Shown piece by piece: positions 35,417 to 43,902 of a stretch of 64,000 nt of DNA; position 1 is the stretch's first letter, and each line of letters opens with the position of its first letter. The notes beneath the pieces are model-generated. The model worked only from the letters and a program-made list of their open reading frames with translations, was not told the origin of the DNA and did no database searches. The position numbers and the translations under genes were made by a program. This DNA comes from Bacteroidales bacterium (GTDB taxonomy: Bacteria; Bacteroidota; Bacteroidia; Bacteroidales; WCHB1-69). The stretch spans positions 26,921 through 90,920 of the forward strand of contig JAFSOZ010000011.1 in the NCBI GenBank assembly GCA_017443175.1. Direction: 5' to 3'.

Positions 35417-37210
35417 ATGGCAAATTACAAATATCACATTTTGCTTTGCGGTGGTACCGGATGTACCGCTTCTGAAAGCCCGAAAATTAAAGAAAACTTC
35501 ATCCAGTTGCTGGCTGAAAAGAACCTTACCGACGACGTGCAGGTGGTTGCCACCGGTTGTTTCGGTTTCTGTGAGAAGGGCCCCATCGTCAAGATTCTGC
35601 CCGACAACACATTCTACACACAGGTAAAACCCGAAGATTGCCGCGAAATCATCGACGAGCACATCATCAAAGGTAGAAAAGTGCAGCGCCTGCTGTATGA
35701 AAACCCCGAGGATCAGAAACACATTTCCGACTCCAAGCACATGGGTTTCTACAAAAAACAGATGCGTATCGCTCTCCGCAACTGCGGTTTCATCGATCCT
35801 GAAAACATCGACGAATACATCGCACGCGACGGTTACAAGGCATTGGCCACCGTTCTGGAGCAGAACGACCCCAAAGCTACCATCGACATCATCAAGAAAT
35901 CCGGTCTCCGTGGCCGTGGCGGTGCAGGTTTCCCCACAGGTTTGAAATGGGAACTCTGTGCCAAGAACGCCGCTGACCAGAAATACATCATCTGCAACGC
36001 CGACGAAGGCGACCCAGGTGCATTCATGGATCGTTCCATCCTGGAAGGCGACCCGCACTCCATCATCGAGGCTATGGCCATCGGCGGTTTCTGTATCGGC
36101 GCCACCATCGGTTTGGTCTATATCCGTGCTGAATACCCGCTGGCTATCCACCGTCTGCAAGTGGCCATCAACCAGGCCCGCGAGTACGGTCTGCTCGGCA
36201 AGAACATCTTCGGTACCGATTTCGATTTCGACATCATCCTCCGCTACGGTGCAGGTGCATTCGTCTGCGGTGAGGAAACCGCTTTGATCCACTCCATGGA
36301 AGGTCTCCGTGGCGAGCCCACCTTCAAACCGCCATTCCCGGCAGTTGAAGGTTATCTCAAAAAACCGTCCAACGTGAACAACGTGGAAACCTACGCCAAC
36401 ATCCCGGTTATCATCAACAAGGGTTGGGAATGGTTCTCCTCCATCGGAACGGAGAAATCCAAAGGTACGAAAGTGTTCGCATTGGCTGGCCAGATCAACA
36501 ACGTCGGTCTGATCGAGGTCCCGATGGGTATCACCCTTCGTGAAGTCATCTACGAAATCGGCGGCGGCATCAAGGGCGGCAAGAAGTTCAAGGCCGTGCA
36601 AACTGGCGGCCCTTCCGGCGGCTGCCTGACCGAGAAGTTCCTCGACACCCCCATCGACTACGACAACCTCGTGGCAGCCGGCTCCATGATGGGATCCGGC
36701 GGCATGATCGTCATGGATGAGACCTCCTGCATGGTCTCCGTGGCCAAGTTCTACCTCGACTTCACCGTGGAAGAGTCCTGCGGCAAGTGCTCGCCCTGCC
36801 GTATCGGAAACAAGCGTCTGTGCGAAATCCTTGACAAGATCACCAAGGGCCAAGGCACCATGGAAGACCTTGACAGACTCCGCAACTTGGCGCACGTCAT
36901 CAAAGACACCGCCCTCTGCGGCCTCGGTCAGACATCCCCGAACCCGGTATTATCGACCATCGACAACTTCTGGGACGAGTATGTGGCCCACGTGGTGGAC
37001 AAGAAATGTCCCGCCGGCCAGTGCAAGGCCCTGAAACAATACATCATCGATCCTGAGAAGTGTAAAGGCTGTACCGCTTGCGCACGCAACTGCCCCGTCG
37101 GCGCCATCAAGGGTACGGTGAAGATGCCGCATGAGATCAACCAGGAACTCTGTATCAAGTGCGGTACCTGCATGGAAAAATGTAAATTTAACGCAATTAG
37201 TATTAAATAG
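35417..37210 (+). CDS. hndC: NuoF-like NAD(P)H/FMN/Fe-S subunit of [FeFe] hydrogenase (HndC/HydB)
   Basis: 597 aa. N-terminal 2Fe-2S domain, GLRGRGGAGFPTGLKW FMN/NADH motif, ESCGKCSPCR N3 cluster, and two C-terminal CxxCxxCxxxCP ferredoxin motifs. AAGGAGG lies 6 nt before the ATG. Confidence 0.9.
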   Translation: MANYKYHILLCGGTGCTASESPKIKENFIQLLAEKNLTDDVQVVATGCFGFCEKGPIVKILPDNTFYTQVKPEDCREIIDEHIIKGRKVQRLLYENPEDQKHISDSKHMGFYKKQMRIALRNCGFIDPENIDEYIARDGYKALATVLEQNDPKATIDIIKKSGLRGRGGAGFPTGLKWELCAKNAADQKYIICNADEGDPGAFMDRSILEGDPHSIIEAMAIGGFCIGATIGLVYIRAEYPLAIHRLQVAINQAREYGLLGKNIFGTDFDFDIILRYGAGAFVCGEETALIHSMEGLRGEPTFKPPFPAVEGYLKKPSNVNNVETYANIPVIINKGWEWFSSIGTEKSKGTKVFALAGQINNVGLIEVPMGITLREVIYEIGGGIKGGKKFKAVQTGGPSGGCLTEKFLDTPIDYDNLVAAGSMMGSGGMIVMDETSCMVSVAKFYLDFTVEESCGKCSPCRIGNKRLCEILDKITKGQGTMEDLDRLRNLAHVIKDTALCGLGQTSPNPVLSTIDNFWDEYVAHVVDKKCPAGQCKALKQYIIDPEKCKGCTACARNCPVGAIKGTVKMPHEINQELCIKCGTCMEKCKFNAISIK

Positions 37211-37225
37211 TAAAAGGGTATTAAT

Positions 37226-39013
37226 ATGGATATGATAAAATTAACAATAGACAATAGAGAAGTTGAAGTACCAAAAGGTACCACTATTCTTAAAGCCGCT
37301 CAAGGCATGGGTATCGATATTCCTACCCTTTGTCATTTTGAGCTGAACAACTTAGGCGTTCATAACAAACCCGGCGGATGCCGTATTTGTGTAGTGGAAG
37401 TGGCTGGCCGCCGTAACCTGGCTCCTGCCTGCGTCACCGAATGTATGCCCGACATGGTGGTGAGAACCAACTCCATGCGCGTCATCAACGCCCGTCGCAC
37501 GGTTTTGGAGCTCATCCTTTCCGACCACCCGGCAGACTGCTTGCAGTGCGCCAAGAACGGCAACTGCGAGCTGCAGGACCTCGCCGTTCGCTTTGGCATC
37601 CGTAAGAACCCGTTCATCGGACCTGAACACGAGCAGTCCTCCTATCAACTTGAGGTCTCCCCGTCCATCATCCGCGACATGAACAAGTGCGTCATGTGCC
37701 GTCGTTGCGAGACGATGTGCAATGACATGCAGACCGTTGGCGCCCTGTCCGCCATCGAGCGCGGTTTCCCTGCAGTCGTTTCTACTGCTTTCAACCAACA
37801 CCTCGACCACTCACCGTGTACGTTCTGCGGCCAGTGCGTCGCCGTTTGTCCCGTGGGCGCCCTCACCGAGGTTGACCACACCGGCGCCGTTCTCCGCGCC
37901 ATCGTGGATCCGAAAAAGACCACGGTCGTCCAAGTGGCTCCCGCCGTGCGCGTGGCTATCGGCGAAGAGTTCGGCATGGAACCCGGCACCATCGCTACAG
38001 GCAAGCTGACCGCCGCCCTCAAGGCCCTCGGCTTCGACTATGTGTTCGACACCGACTGGTCCGCCGACTTGACGATTATGGAAGAAGGCACCGAACTCAT
38101 CGGCCGCCTGACCAAATTCTTGGAAGGCGACAAGAATGTCCCACTCCCAATTCTGACCTCCTGCTGCCCCGCATGGGTGAACTTCTTCGAACACCAGTTC
38201 CCTGAATTGAGACATCTTCCCTCCACGGCAAAATCACCTCAAGGTATGTTCGGTGCTATCGCCAAATCCTATTTTGCCGAAAAAATCAACTGCAAACGCG
38301 AAGACATGATCAGCGTGTCTGTGATGCCTTGCTTGGCCAAGAAATACGAAGTGGGTCGTGACGAACTGAAAGTGAACGGCAATCCCGATGTGGATTACTC
38401 CATCTCCACCCGCGAGCTGGCCCGCCTCATCAAGATGGCCAACATCGACTTCAAATCCCTGCCTGACGCTGAATTTGACAGCCCGCTCGGCGAATCCACC
38501 GGCGCCGCTGTGATCTTCGGCACCACCGGCGGTGTAATCGAGGCCGCTGTGCGTACCGCTTACGAGATTTTTACCAAAAAACCGCTTCCGAAGATTGACT
38601 TCGAAGAGCTCCGCGGCCTGGAAGGCGTTCGAAGCGCCACCATCGATGTGGATGGTCTCAAGCTGAACATCGGCATCGCCCACGGTCTGGGCAACGCCCG
38701 CAAACTGTTAGAAGACATCAAAGCCGGCAAGAGCAACTTCCACGCCATCGAGATCATGGCTTGTCCGGGTGGTTGTATCGACGGCGCAGGCCAGCCGCTG
38801 CACCACGGTAACGCCGACATCATCAAGGCTCGTTGGGAGGCTATCTACCGTGCTGACCGCGAAATGCCAATCCGTAAATCCCACGAAAACCCGTCCATCC
38901 AGGCCATCTACAAAGAATATCTGGGCGAGCCCTGCGGTCACAAGTCTCACGAACTGCTGCACACGCACTATTTCGACAGACAGACCACCGTGGAAGTGGA
39001 TTTAAACAAATAA
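37226..39013 (+). CDS. hndD: [FeFe] hydrogenase catalytic subunit (HndD/HydA, NuoG-like N-terminus)
   Basis: All three H-cluster motifs are present: TSCCPAW, MPCLAKKYE and EIMACPGGCIDGAGQP. An N-terminal 2Fe-2S domain and 4Fe-4S domains precede them. Confidence 0.93.
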   Translation: MDMIKLTIDNREVEVPKGTTILKAAQGMGIDIPTLCHFELNNLGVHNKPGGCRICVVEVAGRRNLAPACVTECMPDMVVRTNSMRVINARRTVLELILSDHPADCLQCAKNGNCELQDLAVRFGIRKNPFIGPEHEQSSYQLEVSPSIIRDMNKCVMCRRCETMCNDMQTVGALSAIERGFPAVVSTAFNQHLDHSPCTFCGQCVAVCPVGALTEVDHTGAVLRAIVDPKKTTVVQVAPAVRVAIGEEFGMEPGTIATGKLTAALKALGFDYVFDTDWSADLTIMEEGTELIGRLTKFLEGDKNVPLPILTSCCPAWVNFFEHQFPELRHLPSTAKSPQGMFGAIAKSYFAEKINCKREDMISVSVMPCLAKKYEVGRDELKVNGNPDVDYSISTRELARLIKMANIDFKSLPDAEFDSPLGESTGAAVIFGTTGGVIEAAVRTAYEIFTKKPLPKIDFEELRGLEGVRSATIDVDGLKLNIGIAHGLGNARKLLEDIKAGKSNFHAIEIMACPGGCIDGAGQPLHHGNADIIKARWEAIYRADREMPIRKSHENPSIQAIYKEYLGEPCGHKSHELLHTHYFDRQTTVEVDLNK

Positions 39014-39035
39014 TTAATCTGAAAAAAGCATAAAC

Positions 39036-39533
39036 ATGGATAATAAGAAGATCATCATCAAAATGAAACCCGAAGTCAGGGAAAAAGTTATTGAAATATG
39101 CGATAGCTTTGGCAACAACCCTGGCGAACTGATCAATGTCTTACACCAAACGCAGGACTTCCTCGGCTATCTGCCGGCAGAGGTTCAGGAGTTGATTGCG
39201 GAGAGACTGCACATGCCGACCGCCAAGGTATATGGCGTGGTCTCCTTCTACGCTTTCTTCACGATGACCCCGAAAGGCAAATATCCCGTATCCGTATGTC
39301 TTGGTACCGCTTGCTATGTGCGTGGTGCCGAGAAAATCCTGGAGTCTTTCGAGAAAGAGCTGGGCATTAAGCCCGGTGAGACCGACGAGAACGGCGTCTT
39401 TTCTCTCGCATCCCTGCGTTGCGTGGGCGCCTGCGGTCTGGCCCCTGTCGCCCTCGTGGACGGCAAGGTCTTCGGTCGTCTGGCTCCTGCCATGGTCAAG
39501 GACATCGTGAAAGAATATCGCGAAATGGAGTAA
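39036..39533 (+). CDS. hndA: NuoE-like [2Fe-2S] subunit (HndA/HydC)
   Basis: 165 aa. VSVCLGTACYVRGA and LRCVGACGLAPV are the NuoE-type cluster motifs. Confidence 0.85.
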   Translation: MDNKKIIIKMKPEVREKVIEICDSFGNNPGELINVLHQTQDFLGYLPAEVQELIAERLHMPTAKVYGVVSFYAFFTMTPKGKYPVSVCLGTACYVRGAEKILESFEKELGIKPGETDENGVFSLASLRCVGACGLAPVALVDGKVFGRLAPAMVKDIVKEYREME

Positions 39534-39550
39534 ATCTCAGCATATTCCGA

Positions 39551-39582
39551 AAGAAGAGGCGGTCGCAAGGCCGCCTCTTCTT
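39551..39582. terminator. 12-bp hairpin between convergent hndA and the esterase gene
   Basis: aagaagaggcgg (39551-39562) / ccgcctcttctt (39571-39582), with T-rich flanks on both strands. Confidence 0.75.
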
Positions 39583-39585
39583 TGT

Positions 39586-40722
39586 TTAGAATATCGTCTG
39601 TACAAATTCGGAGAAATAGACGCGCCAGTTGCGCCAGGTGTGGCCGCCAATAGTCGTGCGCGCAGAATATTTCACTCCTTCGCGCTTCAGCTTCCTGCAA
39701 AAGGCTGTCATCTGCGGATGTAAAATATCACCAGAACCACCACTAATCCAATATTCGGAATAATGGCTTACCGGAAGCTGCTGTTTGCCAATCACCGGCG
39801 AAAACAGTCCCACCGCGGAAAAAGTGCTGTCGCACATATTGGCCAGATTGGCCGATTGCTTGGCACCAGCCGAAAGTCCGGCCACGGCACGGCTTCCCTG
39901 CCAATCGGCAAAACGATATTTCTCCTTTAAGAATGCCTCCATCTCCGGATAACAGCGTTCAAATTCCTGTTTCGACCATTTCGAAAACAAAAGGATATTT
40001 TTCATCAGGCTCACAGTCTCGTCTTGGCCCACAAAGCACTCGGGATTGGCATCGGGCATCACCAGAATCATGGGCTTCGCCTTTTGCTGCAGGATGAGAT
40101 TTTCCAAAATCTGCGCCGCCTGTCCCCGGTCCATCCATGCTGTCTCGTTGCCGTTCAATCCGTGCAACAAATACAGCACAGGATAACTGTCTGAACCCTC
40201 CGCATATTGCGGTGGCGTATAAACCAGAATCCTTCGGCTTTTGCCTTCGGACTTTCTATGCAAGACAAGCGTATCCAATTTCCCCTGCATGACATCAGTG
40301 ACATACAAGTCCGCCTGCGGGGTTCCACGTACAACGAAAAAGCTCCTTTTTTGACTATATACACGCACAGAATCCGGATTGGCAGGGTCAAGCAACCATC
40401 CATTATCTGTGATAAACTGATAGGTATAAACCTCCGGCGTCAATGGCGGTGTGGTATAGGACCAAACACCTGCACTGTCCTTCAGCATCTTGATTTTATG
40501 TGCCCCTTCTGTCTTAACGATTGTCTTTTGATGACGCAAATCGCAATCACATAATAACTTAACCTTTTTGGCTGTTGAATCTACATAGCGGAAAGTCACG
40601 GAACCATCCTGATTGATGCGCGAATTCCCGAATCCGGAAACTTGAGCGGAGAGCAGAATACAACTATTACACAACAGGCTAAAAAACAGTGTTTTATAAA
40701 AAAAATCTCTTGTTCGTCTCAT
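39586..40722 (-). CDS. secreted esterase (esterase D/enterochelin-esterase-like alpha/beta hydrolase with an N-terminal Ig-like domain)
   Basis: Signal peptide from ATG 40722. YPVLYLLHGLNGNETAW and AVAGLSAGA (GxSxG) motifs. Confidence 0.75.
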   Translation of the reverse strand: MRRTRDFFYKTLFFSLLCNSCILLSAQVSGFGNSRINQDGSVTFRYVDSTAKKVKLLCDCDLRHQKTIVKTEGAHKIKMLKDSAGVWSYTTPPLTPEVYTYQFITDNGWLLDPANPDSVRVYSQKRSFFVVRGTPQADLYVTDVMQGKLDTLVLHRKSEGKSRRILVYTPPQYAEGSDSYPVLYLLHGLNGNETAWMDRGQAAQILENLILQQKAKPMILVMPDANPECFVGQDETVSLMKNILLFSKWSKQEFERCYPEMEAFLKEKYRFADWQGSRAVAGLSAGAKQSANLANMCDSTFSAVGLFSPVIGKQQLPVSHYSEYWISGGSGDILHPQMTAFCRKLKREGVKYSARTTIGGHTWRNWRVYFSEFVQTIF

Positions 40723-40839
40723 AATCTGATATTGCTTCGTTCCTGTAGCTGTACAAGTTACATTAACCATGCATTAACGACACCCCGACAATATTATTGT
40801 TTTGAGGTAACAACCGATTATGATGTAAAAGCGTATTCA

Positions 40840-41730
40840 CTAAACACTCTTTCTGAACAACGCAGGCCCGACTCCCTCATGCCGCCGGAAGAAGGTGCCA
40901 AAATGAGACTGGTTCTTGAAGCCAAGCCTGTCCGCTATCTGCTGGACAGTGAGGCGGGTGGTGGTGAGAAGCGTCTTCGCCTGCAAAAGAATGTGCTCAT
41001 CAAGCCACGCGCCAACAGGTTTGCCAGTCGTTTTCCTGATGACATTCGCCAAGTACTTAGGCGTCACACACAATTGCTCGGCATACCACGCAATATTCTT
41101 GTGCTGGATGCAATTCTGTTCCACAAGACTGTAAAAATCCGCCGTCAACTGCTCGGCACGGGAACAGGTCGCCTGCCGTTCATATATTTCAGAAAAAATG
41201 CCTTGCATATAACGAAACAATGAGCTGGTAAGTTTGAGGGCGCAATCGCGTGTGTTGGGATTGCTGCCCTGCTGTCTCAACACACCCTGCATAAGACGGA
41301 AATACTGAACGGTGGTCTGCAATTGTTCCTCTGCCAATTCGTTACAAGGATAAGCGCGGGCAGCCTGCTTGGCACGATAGGAGTAATCATTCATCTGCAA
41401 GTCTTCGGCGAATTTGGCATTATGCGCCAATATCAACGCCTCGCAGTTATCGGATACCGTATCTACATGCAACACAAAATCCGGCAACAAAGTGATGACA
41501 CAAGGAGCTTTGGCCTGCAAGTGATGAAGGTTGATACTACATTGCATTTCTCCTTCAACAAGTACCATAATGGAATAATAATCAATTCGGAAATACTCAG
41601 GTAGCACATTGCGATCAGGACGGTATTCCACGAGTCGGAAGTAGTCCTCTTCTATCGTCAATAAAGAATCCACCTCAACGGTGAAGAAAATAGGCAATTG
41701 GTTATGATGGGGCAGAGACTTCTTTTTCAT
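40840..41730 (-). CDS. AraC-family transcriptional regulator
   Basis: C-terminal double HTH (YAEQLCVTPKYLANVIRKTTGK...VQQIADRLGFKNQSHFGTFFRR). ATG 41730 is preferred because a -7 box lies inside the longer tracked ORF. Confidence 0.85.
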   Translation of the reverse strand: MKKKSLPHHNQLPIFFTVEVDSLLTIEEDYFRLVEYRPDRNVLPEYFRIDYYSIMVLVEGEMQCSINLHHLQAKAPCVITLLPDFVLHVDTVSDNCEALILAHNAKFAEDLQMNDYSYRAKQAARAYPCNELAEEQLQTTVQYFRLMQGVLRQQGSNPNTRDCALKLTSSLFRYMQGIFSEIYERQATCSRAEQLTADFYSLVEQNCIQHKNIAWYAEQLCVTPKYLANVIRKTTGKPVGAWLDEHILLQAKTLLTTTRLTVQQIADRLGFKNQSHFGTFFRRHEGVGPALFRKSV

Positions 41731-41749
41731 ACAGGTGTGATTCAGACCA

Positions 41750-41757
41750 CAAAAATA
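41750..41757 (-). promoter_or_regulatory. -7 box (TATTTTTG on minus strand)
   Basis: 20 nt upstream of ATG 41730. Confidence 0.5.
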
Positions 41758-41845
41758 GCATTTTTTATATAAATCAATAAAAAAACAGTGTAAAATAGAA
41801 CAATATTTGCGACAGATGGGACTTGTGAGGGACTGGAATAATCCG

Positions 41846-41853
41846 TATTTTTG
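41846..41853 (+). promoter_or_regulatory. -7 box (TATTTTTG)
   Basis: 20 nt upstream of ATG 41873. Confidence 0.5.
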
Positions 41854-41872
41854 CACCTTCATTAATAAAAAT

Positions 41873-43810
41873 ATGTTTAATATGAAAAGAATCTTTACAT
41901 TTTCTCTGCTGACACTGATGGCTTTCTGCGCCGTGGCGCAAAACATCACCCTCACCTTCACCGGGCGTGATGACAACAGCCGTTATATGCAATTGAACCG
42001 CGTGGTCGTCATCAACCATACCCAAGGATGGCAGAAGACCATCCTCTGGCCCGACACCACCATGACCATGCAAAAGAATATTGGAGTCGCCCCCACAGGG
42101 AAGGATGATTATTCGCCCTTGCAATTGTCACAAAACAACCCTAACCCGTTCAACGGCACTACCGATGTAATGTTGACAACAGCCAATGAAGGCACGTTGA
42201 CGATGGAAATCACCGACATGAACGGACGCGTGATTGCAAAGACGCACGACCGTGTGTCCCAACCTGCCGGCACGCACCATGTTCGCGTCACCCTGTCCTC
42301 CATGGGCACCTACGTTTTGACCGCACATCAAAACGGAAACACCACATCCATCAAAATGTTGTGCAACGAGGGTGGCGGGAAAAACCGCATCGAATTTTTG
42401 GGCACCGTAGAGACGCTCGGCCGTGCGTATCAACAATCCCAACCCAACGTCCCCAACCTTGGCGACATTATGGAATACGTGGGTTACACCACCGTCAACA
42501 ACACGGAGGTGGAAAGCCAGCACATCGTCAAGATGCAGAACGATTCACAAATCCTCACCTTGCTGTTTGACGGAACGCGTGAACGCAAAGCCAAGGCTCC
42601 GACAAAGAACGAGTCCGACGGCTTCCGCGTAGCCCTCTCATTGAGTCCCTTCTCCTTGAACCAGTTCCAAAAGGGATACTCTTTTGTGGTCGGAGACAAG
42701 ACAGCAGCAACACCTGAAGAGTTGCAGACTATTTACCGCGAACTCGGTTCCACGGAGATGTATGTCCGCGTGGCCACCAAGCGCCATGTCACCGCAGAAG
42801 ACCTTGTGGACGGCGTTCCCGATGAGAATGCCAACGTACACACCTTTGACCAAGCCATCCGTCTGTGCCAGATCGCGGCTGCTTTGGACATGCCCATCAA
42901 CCCGGAAATCATGTGCGCCTACACTTACATGGACATGGACAAGCAGCAGGCGCCGCGCTTTGACGAGTATCCGGAATTCAATTACCTGATGAATGGAAAA
43001 GCTTGGGAGGAATTGACCCTCGATGAAATCTGCGTGGTACTGGAAGCATACGGCGAATTTGTGGCCGAGGCCATTCTCAACACAGGTTGCACCGTGGAGA
43101 ACTGGAATCTCGGCAACGAGGCCAATTTCGGCTTCGCCGGCATCAGCATGGGACTGAAAACCGCTGTGGATCCCAAACTGGCAAAAGCCGGAACCCTCAA
43201 GAAATACACGGCACCTGTGTTTGCACGCGGTTGGCTGAAGAAACATGTATGGAAACACGATGCACAAGCCTACGCTGCGGTGAAAAGGGGTATTCTGAAC
43301 GCTTACGCAAAACTGGGCAAAGATGCTTCCAATGTCAAATTCTCGACACACATCGCCACTGTGGTTTTCCCGGCAAGTTGCAGCGTAGCCTTCTTCAAAT
43401 ACATGAAACAGAACGGCTATGAGATGGAAACCGCCGGTATCAGCTACTATCCCAGTGCCCCGTCCATGTCGTTGAACAAGAAGGGGCTTTTGAAAAACAC
43501 GGTCAAGAAAATCAACAAAAAATGCGGGCTTAACGTGTTCATTGGCGAGTTTTCCTATCCGTCGGGCAAGATGGACGGACCTTTTGCCGGATGGAACAAG
43601 AAGGTAAAGGGCTACAAACACGACCAGAAGGGTCAGGCCAACATCTACGCCGACGTAGTGAAATGGGGCAAGGCCAACGGCATGGCGGGCATCCGCTACT
43701 GGGCTCCTGACTACGAGGGCTGGTATGCCATGTCGATGTTCGAATTCACGAACCAAAAAGGCACGGCCAAAACCATCCTGACGACACACAAGGAGATACT
43801 GGAGAAATAA
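41873..43810 (+). CDS. secreted clan GH-A glycoside hydrolase (GH53-like) with an N-terminal T9SS-CTD-like beta-sandwich
   Basis: Signal peptide. An internal LSQNNPNPFNGTTDVMLT...GTYVLTAHQNGNTTSIKML segment resembles a Por secretion tail. The C-terminal domain has WNLGNEANFG (acid/base NE), AGISYYPS and FIGEFSYPS (nucleophile E). Confidence 0.5.
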   Translation: MFNMKRIFTFSLLTLMAFCAVAQNITLTFTGRDDNSRYMQLNRVVVINHTQGWQKTILWPDTTMTMQKNIGVAPTGKDDYSPLQLSQNNPNPFNGTTDVMLTTANEGTLTMEITDMNGRVIAKTHDRVSQPAGTHHVRVTLSSMGTYVLTAHQNGNTTSIKMLCNEGGGKNRIEFLGTVETLGRAYQQSQPNVPNLGDIMEYVGYTTVNNTEVESQHIVKMQNDSQILTLLFDGTRERKAKAPTKNESDGFRVALSLSPFSLNQFQKGYSFVVGDKTAATPEELQTIYRELGSTEMYVRVATKRHVTAEDLVDGVPDENANVHTFDQAIRLCQIAAALDMPINPEIMCAYTYMDMDKQQAPRFDEYPEFNYLMNGKAWEELTLDEICVVLEAYGEFVAEAILNTGCTVENWNLGNEANFGFAGISMGLKTAVDPKLAKAGTLKKYTAPVFARGWLKKHVWKHDAQAYAAVKRGILNAYAKLGKDASNVKFSTHIATVVFPASCSVAFFKYMKQNGYEMETAGISYYPSAPSMSLNKKGLLKNTVKKINKKCGLNVFIGEFSYPSGKMDGPFAGWNKKVKGYKHDQKGQANIYADVVKWGKANGMAGIRYWAPDYEGWYAMSMFEFTNQKGTAKTILTTHKEILEK

Positions 43811-43864
43811 AATCAAGTTTCCTTGGATATTCATTAGGCTTGGGGAAGAAACAACATTTTTTCT

Positions 43865-43872
43865 TACCTTTG
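43865..43872 (+). promoter_or_regulatory. -7 box (TACCTTTG)
   Basis: 31 nt upstream of ATG 43903. Confidence 0.45.
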
Positions 43873-43902
43873 CGGCCAGTTTAGAATCAAAAAACGCAAA
43901 GA

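Noticed and set aside
35378-36895. 505-aa minus-strand ORF antisense to hndC. Similar long antisense ORFs occur at 25244-26398 (ddl), 32419-33393, 42638-43834, 49217-50356 and 55663-56550.
   Set aside because: Each one mirrors a sense-strand gene that has clear family motifs. The translations are compositionally skewed and motif-free, and no promoter box precedes them. I treat them as frame artefacts.
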